DNA of 64,000 bases from Gammaproteobacteria bacterium (lineage in GTDB: Bacteria > Pseudomonadota > Gammaproteobacteria > JBPCXB01), in assembly GCA_051008935.1 (NCBI GenBank), contig JBPCXB010000110.1, positions 6,560-70,559 on the forward strand, written 5' to 3'. Within the stretch, counting starts at the first letter, position 1; each line of letters starts with the position of its first letter. Made by a program: the position numbers and the translations under genes. The notes below the pieces were generated by a model. The model searched no databases. It was given only the letters and a program-made list of their open reading frames with translations, and was not told where the DNA came from. Shown in pieces: positions 50,333 to 60,141 of this stretch.

Positions 50333-53300
50333 ATGAATTCTTTGATTTCTATTTTTTCGGTGCATTCAGTACCTTCGTGGATTGTTAGGCAGTTGAGTCG
50401 GCCTGCTCTTGGGCTGCCTGTAGCGCTCTTGCTGGCTATGGTGATGTCTGTGCCTGCAAAAGCGCAGGCTACCGCTTGCGTGGTGTCAAGCAATGACCAT
50501 TTCTCTACTGTGATTAACAGTAGCGATGCAGCTGTTACCGGTTCAGGATCCGGTGCTGTGACCATCAGTGTCGATGAAGAGGATGCCGCGGTCACACTTG
50601 CAATAGCGGTATCCTTCACCAATCCTGCTAATTGTGATAGTTCTGCGTTGTCAGTTACATATAGCGAGGTAACAGGTACGGACGATGACGGGATCTTTAC
50701 AAATTCCGGAGGCACGATTACGGCTACTCCGCCCACATCTATTGCGAGTGGTGTTGATATTGACTCAACGGTGCAATACACAGTTACTGTTAGTGGGCAT
50801 TCGGACACCGTTACGGCAAATATTAAAGTTGTAGCAGTGAACGATGCGCCGGTGCTTACAGCTCTTGCGGATGAATCAGTAACCGAAGATGGCACTGCCC
50901 TTGCGGTGACTTTGGCACTGACGGATGAAGAAAGTCAGGGTGATTTGTCGGTGTTTGACTACAGCTTCAAAGTGTACGATAGCTCTAATGCGGAAGTTGT
51001 CGGCGATTGGTTTAGCTTTGATTCAAGCACTCAGACTGCCAGCTTCAGCCCTTACCACAGTGATCAGGCGGGGGTGTATAGCGTTGAGGTTGTGATCGTA
51101 GACGGCGCTGGAATTCCCACTCATCAGATCAGCGATTCATTTGCATTAACGGTTGTTAGCGTCAATGACCCTCCTGTTCCTACGGATGTGTTTCTTGCGT
51201 TGCAGGCCTCTGGTCTGATTGAGCATGAGCGCACGCCCGAAGAGGCGAAATCGAATGTGTTGTCTGAGGCGTCAACGTATTTTATGGATGAGGAAGACGG
51301 CGCGGATTTAGATGTGACTGTCAGCATAGATTTTGCCGATGGAGTCGGGGATGGCTTGACCCTTGCGGAATTGGATCTGCTCGACGCCAGTGGAGAGTTA
51401 GGCTTTGTCAACGATAGGCAGGCTGGTAGCTATACGCTTTCCTACACGGCTACTGATAAGGGTACGGGTGCTGCAGATAGTACCGCTCAATCCGATACCG
51501 GCGGGGTATCTTTGGAGCTTTTTGCGGTTAATGATCCTATCACCTCTTCGGACATAACGCCCGTATACAACACGTTCGAAGGTACGCCAGAGGCTGGTAT
51601 TTTGGCTGGTATTTATGATGCTGGTACAGTGGTGGCGACCATACAAGTTGTTGATGAAGAAGGGAGTGCTCTAGACACAAATGGTCAACAGCTGTTGACA
51701 GTTACTCTGGGCGGCGATGGTGGTCTCTTTGAAGCATCTGCTTTGGTTCAGCAGTTGAATGACGCTGGTACAGCCGGAACTGTACGGGATGATTACCACG
51801 ACCTGACGATTGACATCGTAGTTAAAGAAGATGGTACATTGTTGAACCAAGACTATACATTGTCGTATACATTGCACGATGGCTCTTCTTACCCGCCGGA
51901 AATTGCGCAGACTTCGGGAAGTGCATTGGTGGATATTATTGTTGCGCCTTTGGCTGATGCAGGTCGCAAATGGACGGCTTTAAGCGGGGACACAGTAACG
52001 CTCAGCGGCTCCGATAGTGTAGATGTGGAAGGCGATGGCTTGCCTCTGACGTACATTTGGGAGCAGTTAGAAGGCGTGAGTGTGACTCTTTCAGATAATG
52101 CAGTTGTTGCGCCTACTTTCATTGCGCCCGAGGAAGCGGGCAAGCTTGTGTTTAGATTGACGGTTGGCACCGACCCGGCTACGTTGACTGATACGGATCT
52201 CGTATCGGTGTATATTCAGAGTCAGGCGCATCTGGATTTGAATCGCGAAGTGCTGATGCGTCAGTTGGTATTGTTGTCTGGTGATGTGTCTGCGGCAATC
52301 AACCAACGTATGGGCATCGGTTCGGCTGGTCGCAATCTATCGAAAGGGTTTACAACGGCAGATGATGTCTCGCCTGCTTCTGTCTGGCTTCAAGGGTCTT
52401 CTTACGAGATAGAGAGCCGTATTACCTCTTCGGTTCTTAATTGGGATGGAGAGGTCAATGCGCTCCAGTTAGGCGTGGATGCTACCCTAACGACAGCTTT
52501 GGCTGCGGGCATTATTTTGAGTACTTCAGAATCTGATGTGGACTGGAACCACAACGATCAGGAGGGGGCTTATGCCAGCGAGATGAGTATGATAAGCCCG
52601 TGGCTCGGTTTAAGGCTCGGTGCTTTGAAGCTGTGGGCTACCTCAGGTCAAGGAGATATATCCATACAGATTGACCAGCGTATTGATTCTGTTGATCAGC
52701 GTTTTCAAACCACAGGTGATTTAGAAAACGAGGCCTACGGAGCATCTTTGAGTCTTGGCGGTTGGCTGGTGTTCAAATCTGAGCGTCAGGTAAGCGGCTT
52801 CGAAGTGCAGGGTCAGGAACTGTTGGCGGCTGTACCTAAGATAGAGAACGAAGTCAATCGATCGGCAGTGCAGTTTTCTCCAATTATCAAATTAAAGAAC
52901 GGTGGTGTATTTATGCCGGCTTTTGAGGTAGGCACTCGTGAAGAAATATTGACCGAGCCAGGCTCTGATACTACTTACGAAGCATTGGCCCGCGATGGTG
53001 AAGAAACCAGCGTTCGTTTGCACTACAGTTCTGCGGCCAGCGGTATGGTCTTTGAAATGGGTGTTCGTAGCTTTGAATCAGACACGGAGGGTTATTCTGA
53101 GGAAGGAACTTGGATGCTCTGGCAGTATGATCCTGGTTTGGCTGGTCGAGGTGTGGCGGTGAGTTTCAGGCCGTCGGCTGGTCAGCTTGCCAGCAATGCG
53201 AGTCAATTGTGGCAGTACCATGCAACGGGGAATAGCGTCATAGAGGGCTTGACTCAGGGTTATGTACCAGAGAGCTCTGCTGTAGATACTTCGGTTAGTT

Positions 53301-53509
53301 ACGCTTTGCCCATGGGGTCAGGATGGATTGTCAGCCCTCAAACGTCGTACAGAATGGCGAATGGCGAGCGCAGCAATTGGGTTGTTGGCAGCCAATTTGA
53401 ATGGAATCAAACAGTACGGCTGGGGCTTCTAGGCGAGCGTAGATGGCATGATCAATACAACAGGCCGTCGGAAGACAGCATTAAATTACAAGGGACGTTT
53501 AGGTTCTGA
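50333..53509 (+). CDS. Giant surface protein 1: signal peptide, cadherin-like/putative-Ig (VNDxPV) repeats, a PKD-like domain (~51950-52215), and a ~420-aa C-terminal predicted beta-barrel ending ...LQGTFRF. Probably autotransporter-like.
   Basis: Signal peptide MNSLISIFSVHSVPSWIVRQLSRPALGLPVALLLAMVMSVPAKAQA. VAVNDAPVL and SVNDPPVP boundaries. PKD-like LSGDTVTLSGSDSVDVEGDGLPLTYIWEQ...FRLTVGTD. Alternating amphipathic C-terminal strands with a terminal aromatic residue. Confidence 0.7.
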   Translation: MNSLISIFSVHSVPSWIVRQLSRPALGLPVALLLAMVMSVPAKAQATACVVSSNDHFSTVINSSDAAVTGSGSGAVTISVDEEDAAVTLAIAVSFTNPANCDSSALSVTYSEVTGTDDDGIFTNSGGTITATPPTSIASGVDIDSTVQYTVTVSGHSDTVTANIKVVAVNDAPVLTALADESVTEDGTALAVTLALTDEESQGDLSVFDYSFKVYDSSNAEVVGDWFSFDSSTQTASFSPYHSDQAGVYSVEVVIVDGAGIPTHQISDSFALTVVSVNDPPVPTDVFLALQASGLIEHERTPEEAKSNVLSEASTYFMDEEDGADLDVTVSIDFADGVGDGLTLAELDLLDASGELGFVNDRQAGSYTLSYTATDKGTGAADSTAQSDTGGVSLELFAVNDPITSSDITPVYNTFEGTPEAGILAGIYDAGTVVATIQVVDEEGSALDTNGQQLLTVTLGGDGGLFEASALVQQLNDAGTAGTVRDDYHDLTIDIVVKEDGTLLNQDYTLSYTLHDGSSYPPEIAQTSGSALVDIIVAPLADAGRKWTALSGDTVTLSGSDSVDVEGDGLPLTYIWEQLEGVSVTLSDNAVVAPTFIAPEEAGKLVFRLTVGTDPATLTDTDLVSVYIQSQAHLDLNREVLMRQLVLLSGDVSAAINQRMGIGSAGRNLSKGFTTADDVSPASVWLQGSSYEIESRITSSVLNWDGEVNALQLGVDATLTTALAAGIILSTSESDVDWNHNDQEGAYASEMSMISPWLGLRLGALKLWATSGQGDISIQIDQRIDSVDQRFQTTGDLENEAYGASLSLGGWLVFKSERQVSGFEVQGQELLAAVPKIENEVNRSAVQFSPIIKLKNGGVFMPAFEVGTREEILTEPGSDTTYEALARDGEETSVRLHYSSAASGMVFEMGVRSFESDTEGYSEEGTWMLWQYDPGLAGRGVAVSFRPSAGQLASNASQLWQYHATGNSVIEGLTQGYVPESSAVDTSVSYALPMGSGWIVSPQTSYRMANGERSNWVVGSQFEWNQTVRLGLLGERRWHDQYNRPSEDSIKLQGTFRF

Positions 53510-53643
53510 CCTAGAAGTCTTTATTAGATTACAAGGGACGTTCGGCTCTAACCTATAAGTCTTTAGTGCGCGTATTTAGTGTACTTAGATGGCTAGACTC
53601 AAAGCGGACAAATCAAGGTTGAGATCAAGGTTGAGATATTAGT

Positions 53644-56600
53644 ATGATTGCAAAAAATTATAGGCTTAGGTTCCTAGCAGTAACCTGTGTGTCGATACTT
53701 GCCAGCTGGCTGCTCGTTGGTCAGGCGGTAGCACAGAATGCGCCTACTATCAGTTCTATCGAAGATAAGACGGTTCGAGTGGGTCAGTATTACGCTATTG
53801 ATTTGACATCCTATGTTACCGAAATGGATGGGGATGCGGTGTCTTACGACTTAAGCGTCGGCCCTTCTGGGGTTTTGGGTTCGTTTGACGACTTTGCTGC
53901 GAATGTTCTAGGAGATTCCAGTTCGTATTTTGTTGAAAATACGGGCTTGCTGATTGTGAACCTCGGCAGCAATGGTACCGCTGGCTCTAGCGAATTGCAG
54001 TTTTCGGCCACTGATCTAGACGGAACAGCCACTGTTTCTTTCAACTTGATAGTCCAGCCGGAGTTCCTGGCGGATATTTCTAATATGCTGATTAGTTCAG
54101 GTTCGGGTTCACTAGATCTTGCAACATACACGACGGAAGATGACATAACATGGGACGCAACTGAGGTAGGTTCGACAACTCTTCCAACGGGATTTAGCTT
54201 GTCAGGTTCGACTCTTAGCTACTCTGGGTTGGCAGCTGGCAGTAACCACGATTTGGCAGTTACAGCGACCTTAACTCTTTCAGACACTGTCTATACCGAT
54301 ACGAGCGCTTTTCGCATTACCGTTGCATCTGCTACGGGCGTGTCATCCACCCTCATAGAGGATTTGGAAATATTGGAAGATGCGACAACCAACCTGCAGC
54401 TTTCTGATTACTTTTCATCTGCTGACACCCTTAGCTATACAGTGGTCGAGCAGGGCACATCGAGCCTGCCTGCAGGCATAACCTTGACAGGCTCTGTGCT
54501 GGAACTGTTGGTTGAATCGTTAGAGGTTGCTACTTCTTATAACTTGCAGGCGACTGCCAGTACTAGCACGGAGTCGGCCTCGCTAGATTTCACGGTAACC
54601 TTTGTACCTATCAATGATGCTCCCGAATTTGCAGGTCCTATCGCGCAACAGACGGTCGCATTGGGCAGCTCTGCTACATTAGATGTCAGCGGTTATTTTT
54701 CAGATGAAGAATCGGATCCATTGACCTTTGAGGCCACACAAGTAGGCGGCACGGCCTTGCCTTCTTGGATCACGCTGGCTGCATCTACGGGTATCTTTAC
54801 TTTTGCACCAAGCGCAAGTGACAATATCAGCACCGAGGTGTTCAGTATTGAGGTTATAGCCAGCGATTTTGGGTTGGACGCTGCCGCTAGCTTTAATCTT
54901 GCAGTTTCGCTTCCACCAGTACTTAGCACTTTGATTCCTGAGAAGAGTGTGGGTGTAGGTGAAACGCTGGTGTTAGAACTGTCGGGTTTCTTTACCAGTA
55001 GCCAAACTTTGAGTTATTCTTTCTCCAGTACGCCTTCGGCATCTTGGATGAGCATCGATGCGACGACTGGTGCGATGGAGTTTGCGCCTACCAGCTCTTC
55101 GGACATTGCTGACTATACAGTTACCGCAACTGCAACTACGCCTGCCTCGCTGTCGGCCAGTGATACCTTTGTGCTGAGCGTTCTTTCCACTCAGTCCCCA
55201 GAAGTTGCTAGTGATGCTTTGACTGCGCATAGTGTCGCTGTCACGGCCATCAGCACTATTGATGCTTCCGCCATTTTTAGCGATCCAGAAGGACTCGTAT
55301 TAACTTATGCAACTGCGGTATCGGGCCAAGATTTTTCATCTTGGATTAGCATAGACTCCAGCTCCGGACTTATTACGCTGGCTCCCACACAGGCAGCGCT
55401 AGCTGGTAATAGCTACACGCTGACAGTCACTGCTACCAATGCTTCTAATTTGTCGACAGATCATGACATTACCCTTAGTGTTTCTGCCAACACGGCTCCT
55501 ACAGTCGCTACGACTCTTGCGGATGTCAGTTTATCAGGCACTTCGCAGGCTTATATTATTAATGGGTTCAGTAGTTTCTTTGCAGATGCTGAAGAAGCTA
55601 CTAGAGGAGCTGACGGCGAGCTGGATGTTGCGGTAGAACTGACCGCTCTTAATGACGCTGGGGATACAGATGACGAGGTTTTGGATATTGCCGTCATCTC
55701 GTGGTTTACGGTTGCGGGAGACGTCATCACCGTCGCTCCCAGCAACAATCTGGTGGGTACGTATCGCATAAAGCTGACAGCAGAAGATTCCGGAGGCTTG
55801 ACAGGGGAGCAGGCTTTTGACCTTGAAATAACCTTCGCTAATGTGGCGCCTGCGGTCGTAGCAAATAATGATGTCTCTAACTCGACGTACACGATAATTG
55901 TTGGAGCTTCACAAGAAGTAGATATATCTGGCGTCTTTTCGGATGCGGACGGCGACGCCTTGACCTTGACGGCAGATCAGAGCGATGGCACGGCGTTGCC
56001 TGCTTGGGTTGTGTTTGATGCTGCTGAACTGACGGTGACAGCCGAGCCAACCAGCTCGGCAGATATTGGCGACATTACCGTACGGCTTACTGCTAGTGAT
56101 GGAACTCTTTCTATTAGTACCACTTTTGATATCACGGTATTAGCTGCGAATATGCAGCCTACGCTTGTATCTGCGCTCAGTGATCAACAGGTAGACGAAG
56201 ATTCTGTGCTCTCTACAACCTCTGTGAAGGTCAATTTCTCTGACCCAGAGGGTATTTCCCTTAATTTGTCTGCTGCATTGTCTGATGGCAATGCGCTGCC
56301 GAGCTTTATCACCTTTACAGCATCGACAGGTGTGTTCAGATTTGCGCCTACTCTGACCAGCGAAGCTGACACTTACAGTATTGAGGTGACTGCTTCGGAT
56401 GGTGCGTTGAGTGTCAGCGATACCTTTGATCTGACAGTGACTGCAGTCGATGACACTCCGATTGTTGCAGTTGTTATTGCCGATCAGTCAGCCACCGAAG
56501 ATGCAACAGCAGAGACTCTTGATGTGTCCTCCAACTTTAGCGATGAAGAGACCAGCACTCTGACGCTGTCGGCGGCATTAGCTAATGGCAATGCTCTGCC

Positions 56601-59337
56601 GAGCTTTATCACCTTTACAGCATCGACAGGTATGTTCAGCTTTGCGCCCACCCTGAGCAGTCAGGCCGGTACTTACAGCATTGAAGTGACTGCTTCAGAT
56701 GGCGCGTTGAGTATCAGCGACACCTTTGATCTGACCGTGTCTGCAGTCAATGACAGTCCAGTTTTCAGTGGGCCTATTCCCATGCAGGTTGTTGAAGCTG
56801 GCACGACGGGAACTTTGAGTGTAACGCAATATTTCCAAGATGAAGAATCACAATCTCTGACCTTTTCGACGAGTGTCGGAGGTGTTGGGTCTGGAGACCC
56901 TGCGTTTCCAAGCTTCATTACGTTCACCGCCGCAACTGGTGCATTCAGCTTTTCGCCTACGCAAGCTGAACGATCAATGGCGTTTACCGTTACGGTCCAG
57001 GCGACTGATGAAGGCAATAAAAGCGCGATGGGTACGTTTACGTTGACGGTAGGTGACGAAGATTCTCCTCCCGTTCTAGTTGGTGGTGGCATAGAGGATA
57101 CGGAGGCATTTGAAGACGCTGTTACCACTTTTGATATCGCTAGTAGCTTTACGGATCCCGCCGGCGACGCGCTGACTTTTACATCGACATTGGCTGATGG
57201 CGTTGCTCTGCCAGCTTTTGTCACTCTCTCGGGCTCTGAATTCACATTCGCACCTACTTTGAGCATTCAAGCTGGTATTTACAGTATTGAGGTGACTGCT
57301 TCAGACAATAGCAGCAGTGTCAGCGATATCTTTGATTTGATTGTGACACCAGTCAACGATGCCCCGATTGCGGCCGTCAGCGTCATGCCGGCTAATGGCA
57401 TACCGGATCAGGTATACACGGAAGATGATCCGGCCATCGTCATAGCGTTATCTGATTATTTCAGTGATGAAGAAGATAACGATAATCTCGCTTATGCGAT
57501 TGAACGTGTGGAATTAGATACAGTCACTGATCTTTATGTAGGTACCGGTGTGATACCGCCTTGGGCTGTTGTCGATAACACTGCCAATACTCTGACCATT
57601 GAGTTGTTGCTGAGCAATACTGGTGCTGCGACTGGTGAATTTCAGATTACGGCAACGGATTCAGGGGGTTTGGAAGCAGAAGATATCTTCAAGATTACGT
57701 TGGATGAACGTAACGACCCACCCAGCTTGCTTTTTGCGATTATTGACCAAGAAATTCCCGTAGATACTGAAACCGTTTTTTCGGTGGGTGGGTTTTTTGT
57801 TGATGAAGAATCTGACAGCTTGAGTTTCTCTGCAACCCTGGATGGTTCGTCCCTACCTGACTGGATCGATTTGGCAATTGGCGGGCGCTTTACATTCAAC
57901 CCGACGACTGCCAACGAGGGTACTTATACCATTAGCGTGACAGCTACAGACAGTACGCTAAGTGTCACGGATGAATTCGAATTGACTGTTCTGCCAGCCC
58001 CTGCACTTGCACAGGATGTGTGGGAAAGTACCTTAGGGCAGCAATTCAGCATGATCAATACCAGCGTAGCTGATTCGATTGGCGGCAGAATGTCGCGTAT
58101 TGGATCTGTAAAACGCGCAGATTCCAATACTGTAGCTCTCATGCTCTCTCAGTATGCTGGATCGGATCGTCAAGGCAATCTCCGGCAACTTCTGAATGGC
58201 AAAACCCTTGGCTATCAATTAGGGTCTTCCTACAGTTCTCAGGCAACAGGCACTGGCGCTAGTTCGATCTGGTTGACCAGTAATAGTAGGACATTGGAAC
58301 AGACAGGTGCTTCAAGCTGGGAGGCAGACCTCTCTGACATGGTTGTTGGTTTCGATACCCGAGTCGGTAGTTCGCTGGTGATTGGGCTGGTCTATGTCAA
58401 TTCTTCTGGTGATTATGCCGTTGCTGCAAGCGGCGGTTCAAACGCCTTTCAATACACCAATGATGTGACCAGTACGCATCCTTGGGTAGGCCTGTCGGCT
58501 GGTAACCTTAACCTGTGGGTTTCGGCAGGAGAAGGGGATGGCACGCTTGAAATAGATGATGGCAATTCTTCTGTGTTGACTACGGATGTAGCGCTCAGCT
58601 CGGTTCAGTTCGGTCTGGAGTTCTCGGTTGCCGAATGGCTAGCATTGAGTTTGACGAATTCCAGTAGCGATTTTTCATCAGAAGCGGTGGGTAATATTCA
58701 ACGAATGGAGTCCAGTCTGGATGAAATGCGGGTTGCGATTAATGCCAAATACAGCTTTAAGGTCGGAAGTAGTGTGTTAACTCCTAAGCTAATTATTGCT
58801 AGCCGTGATCAAAGCATCGGTGAATCTGACGGCGAGTTGAGTGATCCAGCCCATTCAGGCACAGAGATGGGTTTTGACATCGATCTTCGCACAGCATCAG
58901 GTTTGGGATTGGCATTAGGTAGCCGTTCATTTTCATCAGATACAGAAGGCTATGACGAAACAGGTAGTTTCTTTGCCCTGAGTTTTGATTTCGGCGTACC
59001 TAATCGCGGTTTTATCTTTGAACTGAAGCCATCGTATGGGCATACAGATAGCAGAAGCCAAGAGCTTGTAGATGGCTTTTACAAGCCTCAAGTTGATTCT
59101 TTGGGTCGCCAATCTAAGCTGTCGGCCGAAATTTCTTATCCCACAGCACTTGGCTCGGCTTGGCTGGTCAGCCCTTATGTCAGCTTTGATCGCAGTAGCG
59201 CCGACAGCCAGTCGAGGATTTCAGGTGTGCGCTTCGGCTTTACCCGTGCCATTGATCTGGCATTTTCGCACCGCGAACGCCAATCTCTCTTGGGAACTGA
59301 GCAATCTGTTGAATTGCAAGGACGTTTGAGCTTCTAA
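53644..59337 (+). CDS. Giant surface protein 2 (1897 aa): signal peptide, ~15 cadherin-like/CADG-type repeats, and a ~440-aa C-terminal predicted beta-barrel ending ...LQGRLSF, paralogous to protein 1
   Basis: Repeated ALPSFITFTASTG.F.FAPT...YSIEVTASDG.LS.SDTFDLTV.AVND.P units. C-terminal domain alignable with protein 1 (QDVWESTLGQQFSM... vs ASVWLQGSSYEIES...). Confidence 0.75.
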   Translation: MIAKNYRLRFLAVTCVSILASWLLVGQAVAQNAPTISSIEDKTVRVGQYYAIDLTSYVTEMDGDAVSYDLSVGPSGVLGSFDDFAANVLGDSSSYFVENTGLLIVNLGSNGTAGSSELQFSATDLDGTATVSFNLIVQPEFLADISNMLISSGSGSLDLATYTTEDDITWDATEVGSTTLPTGFSLSGSTLSYSGLAAGSNHDLAVTATLTLSDTVYTDTSAFRITVASATGVSSTLIEDLEILEDATTNLQLSDYFSSADTLSYTVVEQGTSSLPAGITLTGSVLELLVESLEVATSYNLQATASTSTESASLDFTVTFVPINDAPEFAGPIAQQTVALGSSATLDVSGYFSDEESDPLTFEATQVGGTALPSWITLAASTGIFTFAPSASDNISTEVFSIEVIASDFGLDAAASFNLAVSLPPVLSTLIPEKSVGVGETLVLELSGFFTSSQTLSYSFSSTPSASWMSIDATTGAMEFAPTSSSDIADYTVTATATTPASLSASDTFVLSVLSTQSPEVASDALTAHSVAVTAISTIDASAIFSDPEGLVLTYATAVSGQDFSSWISIDSSSGLITLAPTQAALAGNSYTLTVTATNASNLSTDHDITLSVSANTAPTVATTLADVSLSGTSQAYIINGFSSFFADAEEATRGADGELDVAVELTALNDAGDTDDEVLDIAVISWFTVAGDVITVAPSNNLVGTYRIKLTAEDSGGLTGEQAFDLEITFANVAPAVVANNDVSNSTYTIIVGASQEVDISGVFSDADGDALTLTADQSDGTALPAWVVFDAAELTVTAEPTSSADIGDITVRLTASDGTLSISTTFDITVLAANMQPTLVSALSDQQVDEDSVLSTTSVKVNFSDPEGISLNLSAALSDGNALPSFITFTASTGVFRFAPTLTSEADTYSIEVTASDGALSVSDTFDLTVTAVDDTPIVAVVIADQSATEDATAETLDVSSNFSDEETSTLTLSAALANGNALPSFITFTASTGMFSFAPTLSSQAGTYSIEVTASDGALSISDTFDLTVSAVNDSPVFSGPIPMQVVEAGTTGTLSVTQYFQDEESQSLTFSTSVGGVGSGDPAFPSFITFTAATGAFSFSPTQAERSMAFTVTVQATDEGNKSAMGTFTLTVGDEDSPPVLVGGGIEDTEAFEDAVTTFDIASSFTDPAGDALTFTSTLADGVALPAFVTLSGSEFTFAPTLSIQAGIYSIEVTASDNSSSVSDIFDLIVTPVNDAPIAAVSVMPANGIPDQVYTEDDPAIVIALSDYFSDEEDNDNLAYAIERVELDTVTDLYVGTGVIPPWAVVDNTANTLTIELLLSNTGAATGEFQITATDSGGLEAEDIFKITLDERNDPPSLLFAIIDQEIPVDTETVFSVGGFFVDEESDSLSFSATLDGSSLPDWIDLAIGGRFTFNPTTANEGTYTISVTATDSTLSVTDEFELTVLPAPALAQDVWESTLGQQFSMINTSVADSIGGRMSRIGSVKRADSNTVALMLSQYAGSDRQGNLRQLLNGKTLGYQLGSSYSSQATGTGASSIWLTSNSRTLEQTGASSWEADLSDMVVGFDTRVGSSLVIGLVYVNSSGDYAVAASGGSNAFQYTNDVTSTHPWVGLSAGNLNLWVSAGEGDGTLEIDDGNSSVLTTDVALSSVQFGLEFSVAEWLALSLTNSSSDFSSEAVGNIQRMESSLDEMRVAINAKYSFKVGSSVLTPKLIIASRDQSIGESDGELSDPAHSGTEMGFDIDLRTASGLGLALGSRSFSSDTEGYDETGSFFALSFDFGVPNRGFIFELKPSYGHTDSRSQELVDGFYKPQVDSLGRQSKLSAEISYPTALGSAWLVSPYVSFDRSSADSQSRISGVRFGFTRAIDLAFSHRERQSLLGTEQSVELQGRLSF

Positions 59338-59362
59338 AGAGCATCAAACTGCTTAGGCATAG

Positions 59363-59387
59363 GCTCGGTGGCTAGAAATCACCGAGC
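59363..59387 (+). terminator. Possible weak terminator hairpin after gene 2 (GCTCGGTG-N9-CACCGAGC). No strong U-tract.
   Basis: 8-bp perfect stem read directly. The downstream sequence is tatgggc, not a T-run. Confidence 0.25.
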
Positions 59388-59710
59388 TATGGGCTATAGC
59401 ACTTCCGAAGGGGAGAAAGAGCGTAGAGGGTGTTTCCTATTCGGGCCCCTTATTCAAACCCTAAACTTAAGCACTAGTCTCCAGCACTAGGTCATTCGGC
59501 GTCATGACAGGGCATGACTCAGCGTACTGCGTGTAAAAAACAGCGGATATTAGCTTCGAAAGGGTTGTACAGGACTGTTGCGCCCTCTATAAGAGCAACT
59601 GGCAGGCGGCACAGCCTTTAAGCGAAGCTTAGAGATTGTGTGCACTATTGTAAGGGGGGAACAATACCTGCCAGTTGCTCTCACAGGTCAAGAAAATTAT
59701 ATGCGAATTT

Positions 59711-60025
59711 TCAATCAGGTGCGCTATTTGTAGCCTTTTCTTGATGCTCTCGCCAAGATTTAAAGCCACCTATCATGCTGGCAACATCGGTAAATCCATG
59801 GCTCTCTAGCTGAGCAGTCATGGGTTGGCTGGAATAGCCAAGATAGCAGTACACGACCGTTGGTAGCTCGGGGTCTAGCCCTGAGATGCCTGCAGCATCT
59901 TCAATCAATATGGCCCCTGGGATTCTGTCTTGCTCCCAGTCGACCCGATTGCGTATATCGATTACCTGAAGGGGATCATCACCCTGCAGGTGTTGTATGA
60001 GTTGTAGAACGGTAATTTCACGCAT
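59711..60025 (-). CDS. Single-domain rhodanese-like sulfurtransferase (GlpE-like)
   Basis: LQVIDIRNRVDWEQDRIPGAILIE...VVYCYLGYSSQ (active-site Cys loop). Confidence 0.75.
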   Translation of the reverse strand: MREITVLQLIQHLQGDDPLQVIDIRNRVDWEQDRIPGAILIEDAAGISGLDPELPTVVYCYLGYSSQPMTAQLESHGFTDVASMIGGFKSWREHQEKATNSAPD

Positions 60026-60091
60026 GGTTTACAAAATCAGGCAAGTTAAATAGTTAATCTTCAAATTTAGGGATAAGTTGTAAAAATCCTA

Positions 60092-60120
60092 TTGACAAGA
60101 TGGTTTAAAAAATTAATATA
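60092..60120 (+). promoter_or_regulatory. Candidate sigma70 promoter for surface-protein gene 3 (TTGACA-N17-AATATA), with an AAGGA RBS 6 nt before the ATG
   Basis: cctaTTGACAagatggtttaaaaaattAATATAgat in an AT-rich spacer. Confidence 0.3.
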
Positions 60121-60141
60121 GATAAATAAATCAAGGACTTA

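Noticed and set aside
50296-57266. Minus-strand ORFs inside genes 1 and 2 (50296..50895, 51124..51411, 51889..52170, 53844..54146, 55551..55892, 56673..57266, 57642..57914)
   Set aside because: Antisense to long, well-supported + strand CDSs. Ser/Thr/Ala-rich translations are typical of antisense frames of repeat genes.
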